Made by a program: the position numbers and the translations under genes. This document shows, piece by piece, positions 54,901-64,000 of a DNA stretch of 64,000 bases (its first letter is position 1; each line of letters begins with the position of its first letter). Below the pieces are notes generated by a model. It was given only the letters and a program-made list of their open reading frames with translations. It had not been told where the DNA came from and made no database searches. Source of the stretch: Chrysomallon squamiferum (taxonomy: Eukaryota; Animalia; Mollusca); assembly GCA_012295275.1 (NCBI GenBank), contig CM022673.1, positions 25,296,001 through 25,360,000 of the forward strand, given 5' to 3'.

Positions 54901-57900
54901 TGAACTGAGAGAAATTCGGCAATGAAATCTTTTTATACCCACTTGTGTGTTTAGTTTGTTTACTTTTCTTTGTAGAGGACAGTATCTCTAGCAGTGTTTT
55001 GTTTGTCCTGGTCTGTCATTAAATGTCCATTGACTTATCCTTTTTGAAAAGAAATTGTTATTAAAACATTTTACTGGATCGAAAAACATCTCATTTATAG
55101 TAAACAGCTGCATCAGTTTTCATTGTTGGCAGATGATTGAGCTGGATTCATATCTAGTGCAGCCATTTTCAGTAGAATGATATGGATACCCAGAAATCCT
55201 TGTATACTGGAAAGGGGTCACTGGATTGACGTTCAGTAATAAATTATTTTCTCTCCGTTTTATCCTTATCAGAACCCGATACTAGCTCCTAAAAGGGCTG
55301 CAGCCAAAACAAGGCTGAGAATGGTTGTGTTAGTGCATATGTTAATACAGAATTAATTTCTTGCTGAAACTAGCAACTAAAATGCATTTAACAGCACACT
55401 GATCATGAAATTCAAGAATGTAGGCTAGGATGGTGAAACCAGTCCACTTAATATAAGTACCGTAAATATAAAAACAATAAAATATTTCATATACATATAT
55501 ATATATATTTTTTTTTCTATCATATTTCTAAAATAAAAGCATACAAATGTAACTTAAAGCAATTTCATTGTGTATAGAGGTGAAGTGGTGCACTGGAGCT
55601 ATGATTTGTTCACAGTTGTCAATATTATAAGGACATGTAACAAAACTGATATAAATGTAGATGTTAAATGTAAGGTCAATAAACTAAAGCTAAACAGAAA
55701 ACAAAAACAAACAAATCTTTCATTTTATTTATTAGCTTGCTTTGAAGACAAGCCACAATATAAGTTAAGTGCAAGTCCTGCTTAACATGAAAATATTACA
55801 CTCATTTAAAGATTTTTTGAGTTAATTAAATGTTTAGCACTGTAATCAGACCTTCAGAATGTAAGATAAATCAAACTGATTTTTTTTTTTTTTTCTTTTT
55901 TTTTTTTTTTTTGACATTTCACTGGGCTATATAATAAGAATATAATTTGAATTTTTTGCATGCCAGCTTTTTATTATTTTTAATATATATTATAAATATC
56001 TGCTTCAAATTATTTAAATCTTAATTTTTTTGTTTTGTTTTGGTGAATGCAGACAGCAGGAGACTAAGATAATATATTTTCTTTATTAATAAACTTTTCT
56101 ATAAGCTGAAAATGTAAAATAAATAAACATTTTAAAAAAAGAAAGAAGAAAGTATTAAGTAACAGACCTTTTTTTTGTCCATTATGAAATAAAATAAGTT
56201 AAAAAGTTAAAAAAGAAAAGCTGTTGGCAAAGCCTATATATATAACATTAACCATCACACCACAAAGTCTAGTGTTCGCAACTTAAAACTTGTTTCCTAA
56301 AGCTTTTGATAATTAAAATGTAAAAGTTCCGTATATCGATAAAAAGCAAGAGGGAAAAAATTACAGGTTTTTAACTGTCTGGAATAAGAATGTCGTGGGA
56401 AGACAAAAGTGAGGGGAAGACGAAGGTAAACTCAACACTACACAATACAATGTCATCACAAACAGTTCATCATATAGTGGTGTTTTTCAAAAGATTTGTC
56501 AATATTAAATATCTAGATTTATTAATTAATTAGAATATTCTTGATGAGATGATGATCATCAACTTATTCTCATTTAGCTGGAACACTGTAAATTCTAAAT
56601 CAAATGAGGGTGTTGGATCTCAAAATAGATTTCATCTGTTTCACTGGAAGCAATGTAATCGCCTATTCTTTGTATTAGACATTGGTATTGTGCAGTGCCT
56701 TAACAAGAATTTGACAGATGGAAATCTCTATCACAACCAAGAAAACTGCAAGGCCTTCTTGTGAAGAAATTAAAACATCAGAGAAAACAGATACTTGAAA
56801 ATGTTGTACTACAAGTTCTTTGGTTTAAATGAAATTATTAAACTGCTTCGTTTTCTTTAGTAGGTGAGACAGAATGGCATGGACATGCCTGTTATCAGAT
56901 TGTATAAAATATCTACAAAACTAATGTAATGAGACACCAAGTCTAAGGATCTAATTTAATATACACAATACTAAACACTGAAAAGTATTTGCAAGCACCA
57001 CAACGTAACACTATCTTTGGAATTCAGCCCCGACTCTCTAAAAACAACAAAAAAAAGAAGCGATAAATTATTATTTTTGTCTTTAAGGGATAGCTGTAAT
57101 ATAACTGTTAAAATACAACAGTTTCGTGCAAATGTTTAATTCACACTGAACACAACATGGTAATATAATTTAATTTAAAAAAAAAAAAAAAAAAAATTGC
57201 CTCTAACATATAAAATCACTACTTCTATGATTTATCATGTTAATAAATAAAACTACATTTATTATCTAATTTGTACAATCAATCAATTTGCTATTTGCCT
57301 ACAATTATATATATATATATATATAAAAAAAGAGTTAAATATCCATAGCTATATACCATCAGTATACATATTAGTTACACATACTGATGATCAAAAAAAG
57401 TACACCATATTTTATTGGAAATAAAAACAATTTTGTATTATTTTGCATGACGTAACCGGCTGCTAGTATTTGTGCTGTATTTTACATTGATTCAACCTTA
57501 CTGTGCACATAAAATGACAGGTAATGTTTTATGCGTGGCATAAAAAAAAGGTGTCACAATAAACGATATGTATCTGTGATCAATAAAATGCACAAGATGG
57601 CAGACAGCTGAAGAGAGTTTCACAGTTACGCAAGAATTCAATTCACCTGCTGAAATCAATATTTCAGCCAGTCTACTGAACTGTACGTATCTGTTTTTAA
57701 CAATTACGACAAAAACTTTTGTATTTTACGACTATGAAAAGACGTCACAGTCTGTTACTTGGTTATTAATCAGATAGTGAAACTGGCCATTTCTGAAACT
57801 GACTAGTTTTTTTTTTTTAATTAAGTACACTTTTTGTTTTAATATCCTGACAGTGTTGGCATATGCAGGTGATTATTTCAATTTACTCTCATTTTCATTT

Positions 57901-58831
57901 TTATCATGTCTTAAAAGGACTAGCAGAAAAACAACTTGCTCATGAAAAGCATATTCTATATAGGTATTTTAAAAATTTTTAAGTGAATTAATAAAGATCA
58001 AACAGCTTCTTCTGTAGACATGTGTTAATTTTGTAACAGTTAATTAGATTCATTGTTTATTTTATATTATAAGTGATGAGTTATTTAGCCTGTATCCAGA
58101 AACCTGGAGCACCTCCATTCCCAAGCTTGCCAGATAAATGGTTCAGTGCTTTTTAATAAGAACATTCTAAATGTTTTCACAACATCTGCAGACACTCTGT
58201 GCTAAAAACATCCTCTTACATCAGTGACCACATAGTGTGGAATTACTGACATGCAAGAAGGAATGAATGTTGTGATGTCTGTGTTCATGCTCCACCATAT
58301 GGTCAAGCATTAAGCTCAGTCATATTTTAAATGCTATTCATTCAAATTACAGCATTACCATAGATATATATATAGATCTATAGATACATCGATATACTTT
58401 GTTTTGATCACGAGTATAAATATTATTTGAAATTTCAGTTTTTAAATAAAGAGCTTCAAATTAAAAAAGAAAAAACTTCAAAGCACATAACCCAGTATCT
58501 AACATGGTCATTAGTACTGCTGGTGTATCAGGCCTCTGAATTTGCTACATCAGTTTAATAAAATGAATGTCATATCATTTAAAATAGTCATTTACACAAT
58601 AATCATTTATGTGAATGACAAAAACTGTTTACTTTTTTAACTATACAAATTGTTGAGAAAACTGTATAATCACAATAATTTTTTGAACTAAATAAAAAAA
58701 TGTTTTTTGTTTTTTTAGGGGTTGGGACTAACTGCTGTTCTAAAGCTGTTTGTTTCAAACATGATGATGACTATCAACTAAAAACTTTTATTTTAAACAA
58801 AGACTGGAAAAACTTCTTGATAATATAGAAT

Positions 58832-58837
<6 letters not shown>

Positions 58838-58877
<40 letters not shown>

Positions 58878-58891
58878 TAATAATAATAATA
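58838..58891. repeat. (AAT)n microsatellite
   Basis: Direct observation. Confidence 0.9.
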
Positions 58892-59269
58892 GTAAGATAT
58901 TTATAGATGTAAAACAAAAATCATTTCAGCACCATAAAGTGTAAAACAAAATAAATTCTGTTAAAAGAAACAATTAAATTATGTGAGATTACGATCTGAC
59001 TGAAGCATATCTTCAGTAAACAGTTATTTGTAGCAGAAACAAACTGTCTACCAAACAACAAGTTTTAAATAAACAAGTCACTAATAACTACAGAGACTAA
59101 TGAATTTCCCTATTTCAAATCATCAGTTACAAGGACTATATGTCTATTAACAGCACTAAACAGTTTTTAAATGCAAACAGAAAGAGATAACTGGTACAAT
59201 GTTAATATAAATAACTAATGTAAACAAAACACAAATTCCCAACTAATATGGCACAAGCAAAAACGTCTA

Positions 59270-59481
59270 GGCCCAAATTCCTAAAATCTCTCTAACCCAA
59301 TTATTTGCCCGATGCTAAGTTACATATTCATAAAGCATTGTTCAATAAATGATTTAAAGTCATATTTAAAGAAATACCTTACCAATTCCTAATGTAGCTA
59401 TTTGCAATATTTGATTAGAAGGCAAAAGACGAGAATATTTAACAATCAATTAAGCTTAGAAAGTTTTCATGAATTCAGGCC
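59270..59481. mobile_element. MITE of about 212 bp with about 26-bp imperfect TIRs (Harbinger/Tourist-like ends)
   Basis: Left end GGCCCAAATTCCTAAAATCTCTCTAA versus reverse complement of the right end GGCCTGAATTCATGAAAACTTTCTAA; target-site duplication not clear. Confidence 0.55.
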
Positions 59482-61638
59482 GTGTTTTTACATTCTTGTC
59501 AACACATTTAAACTATCCAAAATTCACTAACATTCACAATCACAAATAACATGCAACAGTAAAGTTACACTCAACAACAAAAATAAACAAATAAATATCT
59601 ATAAAATAAATAAAATGTTATGCAAGGCTTGCTGCAGTTTGGCTGAAGGGGGTGTGGGAAAGAGACCCACCCACTCCTGCTTGGACCAAGGTGTGTGCTG
59701 TTTTGCACTCAGCTGTCAAATGGTATCAACACAACAACATAGTTGACTTTGTAAGCAACCTAATAAAGTATTATAAATATCTACTTACTCAATATTTAAA
59801 GTATCAGTATTCTCATTTATAGTCTTACTGACTGATGACAGCAAGAAAATTACCTTAACACCTAAAGCTATCATTTATTTAAAGAATTAAAAACTTTGAA
59901 TTTTTTAATCAGATATGAAATAAAATGATATATATATATATATTATATAAAGAAGAAATACCTAACAGAATCATGCATCTTTCACATTCATGGTATATTA
60001 CACAATTATAGGAAAATAACTTTTTTCAAATGTTTACTTCTGCCTTAATCCTAAAACACTACAACCTATCTTTTTTCTGTTATTATAAAAGTTCATTAAA
60101 CCATAAGATAAAAAAAAAAAAAAAAAAAATTCTGAATTTTCATTTTATTACAATCAATCAATTTTTTTTAATTTTGGAGGCTGAATTAATTAATATTTAA
60201 TCATTTAATAAAAATATTTTTATCTTCTAAACATCAAATTTAAAATTCTGAATGATGACAGAATAATCTGCAAATATTCAACTAGAATAAACTATTGAAA
60301 TTCCACTGCTTAAACTATCTGCTTTCATGTCATGGTGTTAATTCAGTTTTACTCCTATGTTCATATACCGAATGCAGTTTTAAAATAGATTTATTTGTCC
60401 AGTTTTTAAGAAAATTTATTAACCAATCAAGGGAAGTGCCAAGCCAATCAGAAAAGACTTACAAAATAATCCAAACACATCATGAAAAATAAAAACAAAA
60501 AATAAAAAGGAAAAAGCACCATTTGTTGTTGACTAACTCATGGTAACTGTTAAATAAAACAATATTATAAAGAAAAGATCTGACTAGATGTTGGAAACCA
60601 AAACAAAATTGATCAATAATTTACTTTTTCAGCTTTTGTAAGGAGTAGTGCAAGTTAAAAAAAAATATGTATATATATATATATATATATATATGCATGC
60701 TTTAGTATTTACAACAAAGAGAAATTCCTCCTGGATGGGTGGTCAACCCGTATGTAACCTTGGTCTCTGGCGGTCTGTAAAGTACTTGCTTTATCACAGT
60801 AGTATCTCAACATATTATCCAGATATTCATCAGAATATGATATTAACACTTCTTATTTGTGTTCATTTACAATCAATCATTCATTAATTTATGTCATGAA
60901 GGCAGAGTTTATTAAAATTTAATGTTAATTCACATTTCGACTCTCACTTTTATAGGAATTCACTTACCAAATCTGTGTTTTGCTAACTGGCTTCACCGAG
61001 AACTTTAACGATCCTAATAACCCTTTTATATATATATATATATTTTAATGAAATACAGTTAAATAGTTAATTAACCTTTGTCTCTGACATACATACATGT
61101 ACTACTAGCACACCTCACAATTCTTCTCAAACAAGTTATGAAACAAGCATCAGCCTGTCACTCATGCTACTAAACTATATCCATTATACTCATGTTACAA
61201 AATATTTCAGATGTCAGTTGGATGTTACTTCAACTGCTTCAGATCTTGTTCCTGCATTCTGTGAATATTGCTATAATTGGTAGTAATTAGGCAAGTGAAG
61301 AGTAGAGCTACAAATATTCGTTCTTTCACTCTTTTAAGTTTTTAACTTCTAGCTGAGATCAATCATCCAACATTTTACCAACCTTCTTTTAACTTTCTCA
61401 CGGAAGAAAGACAAAAACTCTTTTGCATGTCGAGTCCACGGTTTCCTTGCAAATTACACAATTCTTAGTTAAATAAACAATGTTAATTCGTGTCCTTTCA
61501 GTGAAAATTTAGTTGATCAGATCGGATTCTCATCTAACCACAGCACATCATTTAAGGTTTAACACACTGCTAATTAAATTCAGCATCTGATTCGAATTTC
61601 TGCATCCTCTGCATTCAGATATCATTATCTTTAAGATG

Positions 61639-61678
<40 letters not shown>

Positions 61679-62011
61679 AAAATTAAAATAAGTAATAGTA
61701 TGTAAAAGAATTATTTGATCTGCAAGAGGCTGTCCTTTTATCAACAACTAAACTTTCAATCCAAGCAAATATTTCCCAAACACAAGATCATGAATGTTGA
61801 TTTTTTTTTTTTTTTTTTAAAACCTCAGAAGTCAAAGGTCACGAATCAGTTCAAGATGTCAAGAATCACCTAAAAGAGGCAAAACTGTTAAAGACAGTTG
61901 TCGAAGTTCTTCACAGTTTACACTGCCTAAAACAATGAACACATATGTTTAAAAACAAAAAGAAAACAACCAAAATGCAAGCATTGATGTGAAAGACGCT
62001 GGCAACGTTAG

Positions 62012-63170
62012 CTATGTTGGAGCTACTTCCTGCAAGGTGGAAATAACCTCCATGTCCCTGTCCTGTTCAGCTGACGTCTGCTCGTTCTGGTTCGGGTCAG
62101 GCAGTGACTTGATGAGAGCTGTAATGAGATCTTGTAGCACTTCAGTGTCCTTTTCTTCCAACAGGTCAAATCTCATGTTGAGTACCATGAAGTGAGTGAA
62201 CAAACTGTTTAGATGACCATGAATACCTAACATGATTATATCTCTATAGTGTGCGTGGTATATATGAGCAAACACGTGTAGCAGGTACCTGTGAATCTTC
62301 TTCACAAAATTGTCAAAACAGCTGGGAAAGGAATGATCTGAAAGAGAAAATTAAAATGTTTGAGCGAGTCAAAACATCTTAACAAGTTACTGTCATACAG
62401 AGCATTAAAATGTCATTTCTCTCCACAGGAATTTTTTTCTCATCCATTTCAAACTTTTCCAGGAACAAATCTGCTATTAAAACAGTCACAACTTTAAATA
62501 TTAAAGAAATATAATCTACACTTTTCTAGGTACGTACCAAATTTTGTAGGGAAGACAGTTTCATCTGTGATAGTTTTTTGTATAAATGTCATTACATAGT
62601 CAATATACTGTGGAGCAGAGTATTTGTATTTCTTGCCTTTATCATCATACCACAAATATTGTCTGAAATACAATTTAAATTAAAAGATTAAAAACTGCAT
62701 CAACTACATGAATTTAAATGTTTATTTTGCAAAAGAGTCAATAAAATTTCTGGATACTATTTTTTAAAAGACAAGAAAATATGTATGTCCAAAACAAAAA
62801 ATTAATATTTATTTAATAATATTTCTTGTAACTGCTGCAGTTATTTATGTACAATTTCCAAAGTAATGAATTTTAAATAGTAACGATGTAAGTCAGTATT
62901 ATAATAAATCTACTACATTAACAAGTCAAAAATCTTTATTTTACATTATGACTTAAACAGTCTACTCTGGATACAAGTACTATATATCTAACTTGAATTT
63001 AAATGAAAGTCTGCTGACAAACTAGTGAATTTATTGTGTTTCAGAAGAGATAAAACAACAAACTGTCACATACACACTGCGTGGAGCACCCATTGAAGGA
63101 CAGTTTTCTGAAGTGCAGTATTCTGATATGACTCCATACATCAGGTTTACATGGTCAAAAAAGGACATTG
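62012..63170 (-). CDS. MOB2: MOB kinase activator 2, last three coding exons (5' part beyond the window end)
   Basis: Exons 63170-63074 (MSFFDHVNLMYGVISEYCTSENCPSM), 62662-62538 (QYLWYDDKGKKYKYSAPQYIDYVMTFIQKTITDETVFPTKF) and 62337-62012 (FPSCF...LLHVFAHIYHAHY...LGIHGHLNSLFTHF...TAG). The WYDxxGKK and HGHLN motifs are MOB2-like. Confidence 0.93.
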
Positions 63171-64000
63171 CTGAAAATTAAATATCAGTACTTAATAAAT
63201 ATGTTGTAATAAAAATGTTTATATAAATATAAATTATTATCCATTATTAAGTATAATTTCTTAATAAAGATACTTTTTCAAATAAGTAAATCACATATAA
63301 ATATGATCAGTTTTTATATTACATTACAGTTATTTGTTATCCTGGAGTTTTTTGTTTTTGTTTCAATACTCTAATAGAATTGTGGAGATTTAGAGTGATT
63401 TATTGTATTGTTTGTTTTACTCTACAAATAAATGAACTGTCTACATTAGCTGTTTTCTTGCTTCTCACTCTGGTTATTATGAGTTTTTATAGCAGTTGAA
63501 GCAATGATTCTGAAATATAATATGAAGATATTAACTTTTGATTATTTGGGAGGGGGAAGTTTTTTGTTTGTATTTTTCTATTTCTTTTTTCTATTTTTTT
63601 TGTTTTGTTTTCTTTCTTTATCTAAATCAGAATTTACAACTGTGCATGTATCTTCTACTTTTTTTTAACTGTAAGTTTTAATACAACAGAGAGGCCTGTT
63701 ATACCTTTTAGGGCCAAATTTTGATTCTGTTTATACATCCTAGGTTATTCTGGATATTCCTGTAAAATAATATAGCCTCCTTATTCGAGACTTAAAAAAA
63801 CTATTTAAGGTTTTGGTAAGCATAACTTAACGTTTCTAAATAATATTCTTAATGATCTGGAAATTTTTTAATTCCTAATAAAAAATATCAGTATTTTGTT
63901 TATATTGCATCTTACAACCTCTCCTAATATCAGTTATATATTTTTTCTGTTGTATTTTTTTTTTTCTTTTTTCCCTTGTTATTAGTTATCTTGAATTTGT

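Noticed and set aside
57597-57686. ATG-initiated frame with two in-frame TGA (possible selenoprotein)
   Set aside because: No recognisable selenoprotein family and no SECIS identified; consistent with chance.

Overview
AT-rich eukaryotic (metazoan invertebrate, probably lophotrochozoan; taxon is a guess) genomic DNA with GT-AG introns and many microsatellites. Five protein-coding genes are supported by hand-spliced exon chains. (1) The first coding exon of a BRSK/SAD kinase (minus, 6692-6767). (2) An 18-exon CECR2-like ISWI-partner gene (minus, 13189-33261; DDT, WHIM1-3, bromodomain) carrying an extra KDM5-like PHD exon, two very large low-complexity exons and an apparent 1-nt frameshift at about 27243. 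(3) A 2-exon, probably secreted/GPI-anchored Cys-patterned gene nested antisense in CECR2 intron 7 (plus, 24245-25874). (4) A QSER1/PRR12-like DUF4211 gene (plus, 36653-49198) head-to-head with CECR2. (5) The last three exons of MOB2 (minus, 62012-63170). Several MITE-like elements are present, one resembling mammalian Tigger4/Zombi. Family assignments rest on recalled motif similarity; no database search was run.
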